A DNA stretch of 59,222 nucleotides from Ionaspis alba (lineage: Eukaryota): the NCBI GenBank assembly GCA_964255285.1, contig CAXUUL010000027.1, forward strand, positions 1 to 59,222. Direction: 5' to 3'. The position numbers and the translations under genes are program-made. Position 1 is the first letter of the stretch, and each line of letters begins with the position of its first letter. The notes under the pieces are model-generated. The model saw only the letters and a list, made by a program, of their open reading frames with translations, was not told the origin of the DNA and did no database searches. This document shows, piece after piece, positions 20,884 to 32,786 of this stretch.

Positions 20884-23800
20884 ATGAGCATAACACGACA
20901 GCGGGGAACTCCTAACGGGCTTCCTGCGGCGCCATCGCCACGAGCTGATCCAGATGGACGCAATGGCGGAGGAAGCACGCAGGCCATGAGTCGCGCGGAG
21001 CTGTTCGACAATGAGAAAAGACGAATTATCGAGAGCTGCTTTGGAAAGAAGGATGCAGATGGTTCATGTATGTTATAGCTTTTCATAGCCTGAAGTCGTT
21101 GCAGAACTGACGACTACTTCCTTCAGATGCTGAATCCTATATCACTCACATCCGTGTTGTCGAAGATGCGTCTTCCCCTTCGTCTCCACCCCCTCCTACG
21201 TCTCCAGAGCAAAACAAGAAGCAGCGGATTATCATAGTTGCGGTGAAGAAGTCAGGCAGGGTTCGCATGCACAAAGCTAGAGAGAACAGCAATGGCTCTT
21301 TTTCGATCGGCAAAACCTGGACGCTCGACGATCTCGCCGCTGTCGAGTCGTACACTGGAGCTACACCTTCGAATCTTGAAGAGCAACAACAAATAGCTTG
21401 GGCTGGCAATTTGGGTTTTATGGTCATCATTCAGAAGCCATATTATTGGCAAGCGGCTACAGCTAAAGAAAAAGATTTCTTCATTGGGAGTTTAGTTAAG
21501 ATATTCCGAAAGTACACTGGCGGAAGAATTCCGCAGCTGTCTGGCTTTACGCCTCAGGAACTGGCAGAATTTACTGCTCCTCCTGGGCCTAGACCTAAGA
21601 CTCCGAGCTCTGTATCACCAGCGCTTCGACCACCCCCAGCGCCCTTGCCAAACAAGCAGCCTTCTTCAGAATATCCCCAAGCGCCGCAGCGCGCCTCAAA
21701 CCGTACGCCGAACCGGGAATTGCGTCCACAGCCATCGAATGAGGCAACCCCTTCCAGACCCGGAACCCAAGAAAATGGACCCGTATTTGAGGGCCAATTG
21801 CCAACATCCGACTTTGTGCGAAGTTTGAAACCGCAGGATTCGAGATCGAGGTTCCAAGCTGATCGGTCCGAATCTCCAGCTACCGGTCCAATACAGAATG
21901 GAAGCACTGGTCCGCCTTCTCCTGAAGACGATAGAAGTCTAAGATCAACAACTGGGAAGAGTGTTGAATCTTTTCACAGTCGACGAGATCTTCCGCAAGA
22001 GACTCCGTCAGGGTCAAGTCAGCCTGCTGAAAGGGCTAGGGCCAATGGAGCTTATTCGCCTCTACCTCCGGGGCACATCCCTCCGCAGCCTGCTCCCAGA
22101 TCGCCCGAGCGCCCAGTACCAACGGCACTGAAGGTGGGGACTCCACCAAGGTCTCAACTTCGTCAGGAGCCCCTACCCGAGCGAAAGCGGCCACCGATAG
22201 ACATACCGAAATTTAGCCAAAAGACCACGGGTGTCGATTCCCCACAAGAATTCTTGACGCCGTCTGAAGTGACCGCACCACAAAGATCTCAGGAGCGTTT
22301 GCAGCTTCATGCCTCCGAATCTGCCAAGCAAGAGCAAGACTCACAACCACTCAAAGAATACTTTCCTCGTATATTAGAACCGCCGACGATTTTGAAGAAT
22401 GACTCTCCCTCGGAGCCACCTCCTCAGGAAGGGCCTACAGCACCTCCGCCTACGAATAATGGGTCCCCTGATGTAAAAAGGGACCCAATATTCTCACCGT
22501 CTACACCCATGTCCCCTCCAGAGACGCCTCCAATACAAGACGAGGTTCACCGGCCAGGTCTGGGCCCAATGATCAAGAAAAAGTCGCAGAAAGAGATAGC
22601 AAGTGTTTTCCGAAAAGCTGCAGCAGCTCACAATGCCTTCAAGCCACGGCCTGGTGGAGCTGCAGAAAAGATCAAGGATGAGATGATCAAATCACCAAAC
22701 ACTCCCGATGGAATCAATGGAGTGTTTCCTGCTCCATCGCTAGTGCGAGATCTGAGCAACGATGGGATAAGATCTCCGTTGCCACTCCTAACACCAACAA
22801 CTACCACGAAGCCTTCCGACTCTAGCACGACTGTACCAGGTGTGAAGATAACGCCATCACCTTCGACTATCACAACTCCCTCGGAACCAAAACCGGGAGC
22901 AGTCGCGCTCGACGTTCCGCATCAGCCAAGCCCATCCCCGGAGAGGAAAGCAGGCGCCCAAGAAGAGCGACGGAAAAAAAGGCCATCAAATCATTCTGCG
23001 ATATATGCCAAAGCGCTTGGAATCGATCCTACATTACTGGAAGGCAGGACACTAGAATTGGAGTCCGCGCTCAGCGACTTCGGCTGGACAGAAGGAGAAA
23101 CCTTAAGAAAATCCTATGATGAGCTTCAAGTCGATATTCGCCGAGACCTTGCCAAGATCGAGACTGGTAGTTGGCTTGGGAACTTCGATCACAACGACGA
23201 TCGAGTCACACTTGTCAGCAAAATGTTGGACAAAGCGATAGCTGAGTGTGAAGAACTTGATGGCCTTCTTACCCTGTACAACGTTGAGCTCGGAGTATGT
23301 TCGCTTTATTCATGCCCATCTTTAACACTTTGCTGATTTGTTATAGACTCTAAGCGAGGACGTCGCCTACATTGAGGCTCAATCACAAGGGCTACAAGTT
23401 CAAACTGCTAATCAGAGACTACTGCATAGCGAGCTCCAAACGCTTCTCGAAACGATCACAATCTCATCCACTCAGCTAAGAGTTCTCAGGGATACCTCGT
23501 TATCCAAAACGCAGGGTGTAGAGACTGTTGAAATAGCGCTTTGCTCCTTGTACAAGGCTTTGATAACCATAGATCCAAAGATGAGGTTTGGCAACAGTAG
23601 ACCAGGCTCTACTGAAGATCGACGAAGCATTCAAATTCCTGGCAGTCTCGACAAGATTGGAAGCGAAGTCAGTTCCATGCAAGCAGTGCAGGACAAGAAA
23701 GAGGGTTATCGTAAAGAAGGATTGGATTTTATTCAAAGGTTCAAGCAATACATGTCCGTAAAATTCCGAGAAGCTGAGACGGATCTACTCGACGCAATTG

Positions 23801-25472
23801 AGAAGAATCGAAATTCGATTCTCCAGAGCAGCTCTTCCAAAATCGACATTCGGAGAAGAGACAAGTTACGTGCAGGACTATGGATTTATTCACCTTTGAT
23901 GCTCTTTGCTCGCGATATCGACTCCTTTGAATGGGAAGAGCTCTTGAGGCTCTACGAAGGCACTGCGAAGAAACCATATCAGGAGGAATTCAAAGACAAT
24001 ATCAATGCCTGGAAGCGGGTTGCAAGGAAACCAACAGGCGAAGATCAAGACGCCCTTTTCACGACGCAGGAGAAAGAAAGTGATGGAATTGTGGCACGGA
24101 AGCTTACGGTGAAGCGCTCAAAGACGATACGCGAGGGGCCCAACCGAAATTCTAGTGGTGAGAAACCACAAGACGGGAAGATCAATGGCTATGAAGCCTT
24201 CGCCGGTGCCTTGTTTGATATGTCACAAGCTATCTTCCTGGAGCAGAACTTCGTAGTGGATATGTTCCATGCCTCATCTCTGGAAGCGGTCGAATTTCCA
24301 GACCTCGTGACTGCTGTTCCGCCTGAAACGAGAACGGGAAGTAACCTTGGCGATAGGAAACTCTTCGATCCAGATCGTAACATGGCGAAGAGGATGCAGA
24401 ACACGATGGACGATATGTATTCCTTCTGGCCCGCGGAAGTACAAAATCTCGTGGAATGGGTGGTTAAGCAAGATGCCTTGTGAGTTCTAGGGTCTTTACT
24501 TCGTCATTAATTTATGCTAATCATGCGAACAGGCAAAGTGTAGGCGTCATGTTTGCTTTAGAGTCCAAGCTTGCAGAGTTGGAAGAGACGAACCAAGAAT
24601 TCCTAAGCCAAGCGCTTTCTAAGGTGCACGGCCGTTTAACCAGCCGCTTCGACCGCTTCATCGAAGAGCAAATCCGAGGTATCGAGGACACTAAAGTCAA
24701 GATCAAAAAGCGCAAAGGTGTTATCGCCTTCATGAAAACCTTTCCCTACTTTGCCTCCACTATTGAATCAATGCTACCAACTCCTCGTGCCAATACCTAC
24801 GAAGTCCGCCACATGGTCAATGACGTTTATGTCAGAATCAACAAAGCCATGTTCGAGAGTCTGAAGTTTATCGCCAAAGAAAGTCCCGTCGTTATGGCCG
24901 GTCAGAAAGCGCAGGGACTCACGGGCGGCGATGCCGAGGACAAGGAGATTCTCAACTACCACATTCTGCTCATCGAGAACATGAACCACTATACCGAGGA
25001 GGTCGACGTCCGTGGCAATCCAGTGCTTGAGGAATGGAAAGAACGCGCTGTCAAGGAAATGGCCGAGCATATGGATCTCTACCTCAGCGCTGTAATCCGT
25101 CGGCCCCTTGGCAAGCTCCTCGATTTCCTTGAGTCTACGGAATCGCTGCTCACTAATGCTACTAACGGGCCCACATCCATTGCCACACGTGCCTCGCACT
25201 CCCGTGCCACCTTCAAAAAGTTGTTGTCCACGTTCGACGCAAAGGAAGTGAGGCGCGGTATTGAAGCGCTAAAGAAGCGTGTGGAAAAACACTTTGGCGA
25301 TGCAGATGATCCGGGACTGAGTCGGAATCTGGTGCAGAAAGTGTTGAGGGAATGCGAGGAGAGATACACAGAGATCTATGAGCGGACGGGTAGGATTGTC
25401 GCTGATGTATACGAGGGCGGGTTGGAGATTGAGTTCAAGAAGGAGGATGTTTCTGGGGCTTTCAGGCGGTGA
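20884..25472 (+). CDS. SEC3: Exocyst complex component Sec3
   Basis: Introns 21068-21126, 23295-23346 and 24480-24532. N-terminal PH-like domain (ESYITHIRVVED, VRMHKARENSNGSFSIGKTWTLDDL, KPYYWQA), a coiled coil (LSEDVAYIEAQSQGLQVQTANQ) and a C-terminal helical region (ILLIENMNHY, LKKRVEKHFGD). Confidence 0.93.
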
Positions 25473-25883
25473 TGAGATCTCGTGGAGTGGAGAGGGCGAG
25501 TGTCAAAGGAGGTCAAGGGGAATAAAGGTAAAGGCAGCGTGGCAGTGTGGGGGCGGGATACTGTTTTGAAAGTTTAGATGTATGATGGGGGCGTCAATTC
25601 CTGTGGCATTTTGATCTAGCTCTTCAGGTGGGCTTGAGGCTGGTGCAAGGGTGGATTCCTGCTGTATTAATTTATTCGTCGCTTCCTGCTCTTGTCCGGA
25701 GAAACCCAGGGTTTGGTTTTTGATTAGTGTCAAGTGAATTGATTGAGAGTAATTTAGGTCTTCGACTTGGTCACAACAGTTGCTGGTCAACAGTAGACGA
25801 GAGAAAGCTGCTTCGTGGGCGTAGCGTCCATGCGTTATCGATAACAAACAGCTGTCCGTCCGGACCTGTCCCGCAGCAACATT

Positions 25884-27131
25884 ATGCCTCTCACCATCCT
25901 TCCGGACTCTGACGTTCGGTCCCTACTCCTTTCCTTGACCAAGGAAGAAGTAGTTGAACTGCAGCACAATCTTGGAGAAGCTCTTCACGACTATTCGACC
26001 GGTACGCAAGAAACAACGGGGGCCTGCAGTGCCAATCAGCCCGAGCGAATATCAATCCCCAGCGGCAATGGCCAAACAGCTCTCTTTATGCCTGCGAGGA
26101 GCGGAACGACAACAGGAGTAAAGATCATATCAATTGGTTCTGTTCCAACACCAGTACCGTCCCGACATGGCAGTATCAACACAATCTCGACGACTAGCTC
26201 AAACCCGAGTGAGAAGCCATCGTTGGCTAGCTCGCAAACTACCACTCCGCGAGGTTCTCTCACGATTCTAGACAGCTCTGGAAAGCCGTTCGGGTTCATC
26301 AATGCCGAAGAACTTACTGCTTTCAGGACTGCGCTGGCGTCGACGATCATTCTGGCGAAACGCAGCAAGGTCCATTCGATCACAGTCTTCGGTGCCGGCA
26401 AGCAGGCTTACTGGCATATCCGGCTTGCCTTAATCCTACGTGGCGCAGATATACATCACATTAACATCATCAATCGCTCCTTCGCTACGGTTCAACCATT
26501 GATGCAAGAGATCTACCAATCCGATGATTGGACTGACTTGCGAAACTCAAATAGCAAGTTGCGATTCAGTGCCCTTAGTGGTGATTTTGTGGAATATCAG
26601 AGATTGCTGAAAGAGCATGTCAGGGATGCCGATGCCATATTTATGTGCACCCCATCGACATCACCTCTCTTTCCAGCCGAATTCCTGACGAGTATCGAAG
26701 GGAGGAAGAAAGGACGATATGTCAGTCTAATAGGCAGCTACAAGCCGCATATGGTGGAATTACATCCAGATGTATTGAGACAAGCCGTTCAACCGGACCA
26801 CAGGAATCATCACCATCACCATGCGGAAAAAGGGGGTGTGATCGTGGTGGACAGTCTGGATGCATGTCTCAAGGAAGCTGGAGAAGTAATACAAGCTGGC
26901 ATCAATCCCACCCAACTGGTCGAGATTGGGGAGCTCTTCATGGTGAAGAAGGCAGCCATGAAGGAGATGGAGATGGGAGGACCAGGAGAGAAAGGGTTGA
27001 GGAGGTGGTTGGAAGGCGGAAATGTCATCTACAAAAGCGTAGGTTTGGGACTTATGGACCTTTGCGTCGGCGAGGACTTGGTGATACTCGCGAGAGACAG
27101 AGGTGTTGGAACGACGATTGATGATTTCTGA
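25884..27131 (+). CDS. Ornithine cyclodeaminase / mu-crystallin family NAD(P)-binding protein
   Basis: Single-exon 415 aa ORF with ALFMPA, NAEELTAFRTALAS, Rossmann VFGAGKQAYWH, IGSYKPHMVEL, EAGEVIQAG and IYKSVGLGLMD. Confidence 0.88.
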   Translation: MPLTILPDSDVRSLLLSLTKEEVVELQHNLGEALHDYSTGTQETTGACSANQPERISIPSGNGQTALFMPARSGTTTGVKIISIGSVPTPVPSRHGSINTISTTSSNPSEKPSLASSQTTTPRGSLTILDSSGKPFGFINAEELTAFRTALASTIILAKRSKVHSITVFGAGKQAYWHIRLALILRGADIHHINIINRSFATVQPLMQEIYQSDDWTDLRNSNSKLRFSALSGDFVEYQRLLKEHVRDADAIFMCTPSTSPLFPAEFLTSIEGRKKGRYVSLIGSYKPHMVELHPDVLRQAVQPDHRNHHHHHAEKGGVIVVDSLDACLKEAGEVIQAGINPTQLVEIGELFMVKKAAMKEMEMGGPGEKGLRRWLEGGNVIYKSVGLGLMDLCVGEDLVILARDRGVGTTIDDF

Positions 27132-27449
27132 TCAGTGTCGGATGACCTTGTCCTGAGATTTAGATCTTGAAGGCAAACATTTCATTTCCTTTCAGCCAAT
27201 GAACATGCTCACTGTGCATTCCTAAGAGCCACCTCTAGCGGTACGCAAAGCACTTACGTGATACGACCTTTGTCCAGACAATCTCGCACCTTCCCTTTAT
27301 CCATTGTTTGTGTTTGCTTTCAACCGGATGGCACCCCCAATTAACAAAGAAGCAGATCGTGCATACAAAAACCTCACATTATGCACCACGAGGCAGCCGC
27401 AATTCCACCAGATTCCCAGGAAGTGACCTGACTCGGCGGCTTTTGCAAT

Positions 27450-28112
27450 ATGATTGCCTTGAATTTCGATGCCACGCCTAACTCTTCTTCCACTGATCTC
27501 CCGTCTACAGCCACAGCGACTGCCAATCTCCCTCCACCAGCTCGCGTACATCTTCCACCATCCTACCGCAGTGCGCTCGCAAACCGCTTCACACCATCTC
27601 AGCTCGCATCCCTCACCTTTCGTTGCAAACCACTCTTTGTGTATGGCTCTTTAATGCTACCTGCGCAAGTCGCGCGCGTGCTTGGTGACAGCTCTTTGAC
27701 ATCAACTTTGGTGTCGCAAATGACTCCTGCCGTGCTGTTTCATCACGAACGTCTCGAGGTGCGCGATTGCCCTTTCCCGGCTGTCGTTGCGTCGGTTTCC
27801 GCAGATCCAACGGCAATACCCAAGCAAGTGAACGGTTTGCTGCTTGGTGGGCTTGGCTTGAAAGAGAGGGCTATGTTGAACACTTACGAAGGGGATTTGT
27901 ACGCCACCGTACCTACAAAGGTGGAGATCGAAGTTGTGGGGGAAGATGACATGGGGACGGCGCTGGAAAGTGAGAGAAGAAAGGTTATGGTTGACGCGGA
28001 TGTGTATGTCTGGCTTGGTACAAGAGCAGAGCTGTTGGAACCCGCAGTGAAGGAATGGGAATTAGAAGGATGGCTACTGAGTTCAATGGCTGTCGGGTTA
28101 GGATTGGAGTGA
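27450..28112 (+). CDS. AIG2-like gamma-glutamylcyclotransferase family protein
   Basis: LFVYGSLM motif, then TPAVL, FPAVV, VNGLLL and LNTYEGDLY (catalytic Glu position), and ADVYVW. Confidence 0.82.
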   Translation: MIALNFDATPNSSSTDLPSTATATANLPPPARVHLPPSYRSALANRFTPSQLASLTFRCKPLFVYGSLMLPAQVARVLGDSSLTSTLVSQMTPAVLFHHERLEVRDCPFPAVVASVSADPTAIPKQVNGLLLGGLGLKERAMLNTYEGDLYATVPTKVEIEVVGEDDMGTALESERRKVMVDADVYVWLGTRAELLEPAVKEWELEGWLLSSMAVGLGLE

Positions 28113-28309
28113 GTAGTACCTAGATTTAGGGTTAGGTGGACAATTGCTTGGCGAGGGATTTCTGCTTTCATAGACTTGACACTACATAGCGTCTGCGGGA
28201 TAAATTTTCTTCGTGAAGAAAATGCACCCATTGCGAATACAAATTGCTCATCCATCTTCTATCCAGTATCTGAACAATTCGCGTGAATGGCTTGCCGATT
28301 TGCGTTCTT

Positions 28310-30385
28310 ATGAATATGGACGATTTCGAGTCTAGAATACAAGCACTAATAGCGTGGTTTAAGCAAGGTGGTGGCCGAATACATCCCGCCGTTGAAATTG
28401 TCCACGAAGAAGGATTTGGCTTCTGTCTGAAAGTGCGGCATGATGCACATGTACCAGCTGGAAGCACTGTCATAGCATGTCCTCAACAGCTGACCCTGTC
28501 GATTTTGGATGCTGAAAGTATAGATCATCTGTGGCCGGAAGAATTCAAGCAAAAATTGAAGGATTCTCCAGAAGTGCTCGTTCGAATCTTCATCGTCGAA
28601 CAAATCTTGAAGGGACCTAAGTCTTTCTGGTGGCCTTATATCAATATGCTACCCAATCTGTTGGGGCAGCATCCTTTGACCCCTATGTACTATGATGAAG
28701 ATGACTCTGTCTGGATCCGTGGTACAAATCTCGATGCGGCTCGAGTATCCAGACTGGCATCGTGGAAACAGGAATATGATGATGCTATAGCATTGATAAG
28801 TTGTTGCGACGAGCCTCGACGTCGTCAAATCGATCTCTACTCTTGGTCAGTTCTTTCGAGTTCTGACCAAAGGGTTGACGGTTGATGCTTGTAGGCCTCT
28901 TTACAAGCTAGCGGCTACAATTTTGACCTCCCGTTGTTTTCCTGGAACGGTGTTTCACTCGAGAGAGATTCCTACCGATGACCGAGATGGGAAAGTAAGG
29001 AGGGAGGCAGTGGAAAGGTGGAGGGCTGTGGATCCGACAAATTGTCCTGTGCTACTGCCGGTGTTTGACCTGGCTAACCATAATCCGGAGGCTAAAGTAT
29101 TGTGGACCTGGGGAGCTAAGTACTGTACCTTGACAGTCGAAGAGGACATTGAAGGAGGCAAAGAAATATACAACAACTATGGACCTAAGAGTAACGAAGA
29201 GTGTGAGTAATCTCGTCTCGGTTGGCAAGAATGATCGGCATATACCAATGATCGTTGGTAGTAATCATGGGATATGGCTTTAGTCTGCCAATCAATAAAT
29301 CTGATACATTTGCATTGGTGCTCAATACTACGCCAACAGACATGTCCAGCTCAGGTGCTGAGCACAGTGTCGAGACGCCCGCTCCCAGGAGAGAGGTCTT
29401 CTACCTTCGCTCCGATACAAGCCCCGAAGAGTCTCTATTCGAACACAACAAGCAGCTTCTAATGGCTCTCTCACACATGCTTGCGAATCATAGAGAGCTC
29501 AAGGAATTGCAATCAACTCCTTCGCGACCTACCGTTTCCACATCTCAACTTTCTGTCGGGACCAAACGCTTCACATTACTCGTCTTTTCCAATCTATACC
29601 GTATTTTGATACGTAAGCTCCAAAATATCACTGTCCACGACCGCGATCTCACACATAGACCTCTGAATGCAAAGCAATTTCATGCTTCTCGGTACCGTGG
29701 CTCTCAACTCGCCGTACTTGACTTTCATATCTCTTATCTCGCAAGCCGTGTAGAAAAGCTCTTCGATCCTGAAAACGGTAACTCTTCGAATGCCATCGCC
29801 GGCCTCGCAACCATCCTCACTGAATCACCAGAGACGATGAGGAAACCATTTCGTGGAGCTATCCACCACGCTCTCGGCACTAGAGATGCGGCAAAGATCA
29901 GGGCTGCTGGGAATGAAGAGTTGGTGTTCACGCTCTGGGTGTGTAGTTTGTGGCTTCTGTATTCGGGAGATGGCTTGATACGTAAGGAAAAGGACGGGTT
30001 ATTCGGGCTCGATGAAACTAGCCAGTTTCAGCAGAGGCTACTGCCATGGCTCAGGTGGCTGAAGCAAGTGTATGGGCCACCGCCGGGGTGGCCTTGTGAA
30101 GGGGATAGCGGTTGGGTTTCCACGGGGAAAGGCGAGAGTCAAGGGAATGAGGAAGATGAAGTGCAAAGATTCGCCGAATATTATCTCAGGATCGTGCATG
30201 CATGTGCAGTAAGAGACCAGGCCTCAATCTATGGCGATCCGAGGTGGAGCGTTGGTTTCTTGAGGTGGGGGTGTAAGATCGTCAAGGAGGAGGCATTCGT
30301 ATGGCAGGGACCAGAGGGGTATGAAGGCCTAGAGCAGAACGAATTTACCATATTTCTGGATGGACTTCCGGAAGTAGAATCCTGA
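28310..30385 (+). CDS. SET-domain protein-lysine methyltransferase (Efm1/Rkm-like, non-histone type)
   Basis: Introns 28846-28894 and 29203-29261. Motifs LIAWFKQGGG, SFWWPYINMLP, LTSRCF, LLPVFDLANHN and IYNNYGPKSNEELIMGYGF. Confidence 0.87.
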
Positions 30386-30634
30386 GGGTAGTTCTAAGCT
30401 CTGCAGTAAGCATCTGAAAACAGCCTCATCCCAAGACTAGCATATTCAATCAATAAACTCCATGCAAACCATGATGAATGCACTAGAATCCAAGAAGACA
30501 GTCGACAACTTGCTTCTCAAACGCTGTCATCTCAAAGCCACTTAACGCCTTGCTGTGCCAAATACCCACCCAGAACGCCCAGGAATGCTTCATGCCGAAG
30601 ACTTCCCCAAGCAAACCTCATTCCTATCTCGGCT

Positions 30635-31416
30635 TCATCCTGCCGCCTCCTTCACCTTTCCTACCTCCGGCGCTTCGTCGATGAATACCGGCACCTCGTC
30701 CTTCATAAATCCGGGCACCTCGCCAGCACTTTCCAACTCGAACCCTCCTTCTTCTCCTAAAGCCTCCAGCTCCGCATCCAATTCAGCCTCGTCCACCTCC
30801 TCGGGTATATCATACGCCCTTCCCAAGCTCTCCTGGATCTCATTCCCCATCTCCATCAGGTCCGCCATTTCATCCTGCATCCGCTCGATCTTGTCCACAT
30901 CTATCTTTCCATATTGTTTCTTCAGTGTCTTATTTGTGGATTTGATGGCATCAACGGTTGTCATGGTGTTGGCGAGTGAGGTGGTCAGAAGTGAGGCTTG
31001 CTCCATATTGAAGGATTGTTGTTCGTATTGGGCGCGCTGTGCTTCGATTGTTTTGCGCCTTTGTAGGATCTTCAGGGCCTTTTGTTTCAAGGCGGATTTC
31101 GCGGGACCGTCGCGCATTTTGGAGAGGCGGGCTTGGTGTGTACTGAGGTCTGCGTTAATGGCGGCGAGTTTGACATCGAGGGAGGCGATGTGGGTGTCGA
31201 CCTAATTTTGGGCAGGGTAGTCAGTAGGGAACATTGCAGACGTGCCAAAGATAGAGAAATGATACGAAGGCCAAGTGTCTCGCGGAGTCTCGCGGAGAAA
31301 AATGAAAGGCGCAGGAAGTTCGAAAGGGCTAGCTCTGGAGATTGACTAACATTGGAGATGGCGCCGTTGAGAGTGGGTTTGGGTGCCGTGTTTTTGGAGC
31401 CGAAGAGCCGGTTCAT
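30635..31416 (-). CDS. VPS60: ESCRT-III-associated Vps60/CHMP5 (Snf7 family)
   Basis: MNRLFGSK start and one intron (31350-31202). Then LKQKALKILQRRK, QQSFNMEQ, KKQYGKIDVDKIERMQDEMADL and IQESLGRAYDIPEEVDEAELDAEL. Confidence 0.93.
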
Positions 31417-32786
31417 TGTATAAACGCGATGCTCGTCTCCAAGCTGACTCTCAACGGATTTGCTTCTTCAGAAATAAATGCGACCAGCAAGTATGAGTTA
31501 GATCAAACTGATAGAAGAATACACTGATCGTGATTGGGGATGCTGCAGCTGCCTGGAGGTCGTGAAATAGGCCATGTGAAGGAACCCTTGTCCTCGACAG
31601 GAAGCTTGGACCTTGCCGTTATCCCGCTCCTCTAGGGCTGAAATCTCCGGCGCACAGGAAAGCAAGAGTGAAGAATTCAACTCCAACTGAGAAAACATGT
31701 CCGTCTGGGCACAGAATAAGACGAGATATAGGGCGCCTCTACGTGCTTGACAAGGCACTTCATCCTCTAGATCGGTATCATATGTGTGACGTTTCTTGCT
31801 TGAAGGCATAGGCAAAGCCGGAGGTCAACCAGCATACTGGCAGGGGAGGAATTGATACCATCTACAAAGCGAATAGATGAGCATATAGCACAAGTTCTGA
31901 TCCCATGAAGCTCATCCTGACGAATCTTTCTCTACTTCATCTCCTCACAAAGCTTTCCACTCGATAAGACTCTTGGTACACCACCTGATCTAGGCCGTGG
32001 CGCACAAACAAAATGAACGGACATTCGGTGAGCCCAATTATTATAGGAAATGTTCTCATATTCACATCATTCCCATTTAATTTGACCGCTAGTAACGATT
32101 CCATTACTTTGTATTTGTCTTCTATTGTTATTCTCGATTGAAAAAGATCGTTGGTAGAAGTAACAATATAAGCTATTTAATAGTATATTTGCATTGTACG
32201 TGACGCGCATTTTGCTCCTGCGTCTCGCGCACTCTAGACACTCTTAAGGCTAGCTCTGTGCCAAGCTTTGCCACGAGATGACCACCGGCGCCGGGAGCAT
32301 AACCGCCTAACGCTAATGGATCAGGTCAGGTCAAACTCACGAGGCAGCCCAACAACAGCTCCTATCTTCGACTGTGTGTATTTTGAAACAACTCAAATTT
32401 GTGTGGATGCTCGCCGGGACTTGTCTTATGCGTCCAAGCTGGACTACATTGTCTGTGCCACAAGCTGGCAGGCGGTGTTCTTAGTCGCGTGGGTGCCGGT
32501 ATTCTGTCAGCCACGGCGACCGTCAACCGTTTGACTTCTTCCATCCTGTCGTTTCGATTCGTTGCCAAGCGGTGCAGGACTCTCGCTGGTATACAGATAC
32601 TAGCGAAACCGAAAAGCTTCTCTCGTGTCGCATTCTTCAATTAGAGCCCTTTCAACTTCCATCGAACCGTATAAGCCTCGCGAACACCGCATGCCCTCCT
32701 TCTTGAGGCCCCATTTCGACAACAACGAAGCCCGACAAGGAACTGGGGGAATACCCTTTCTACATCCTCCTGTGCCATAACCAGCC

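Noticed and set aside
31498..31815. 105-aa minus-strand ORF upstream of VPS60
   Set aside because: No recognisable motif; it lies in the divergent VPS60/SAPS promoter region.
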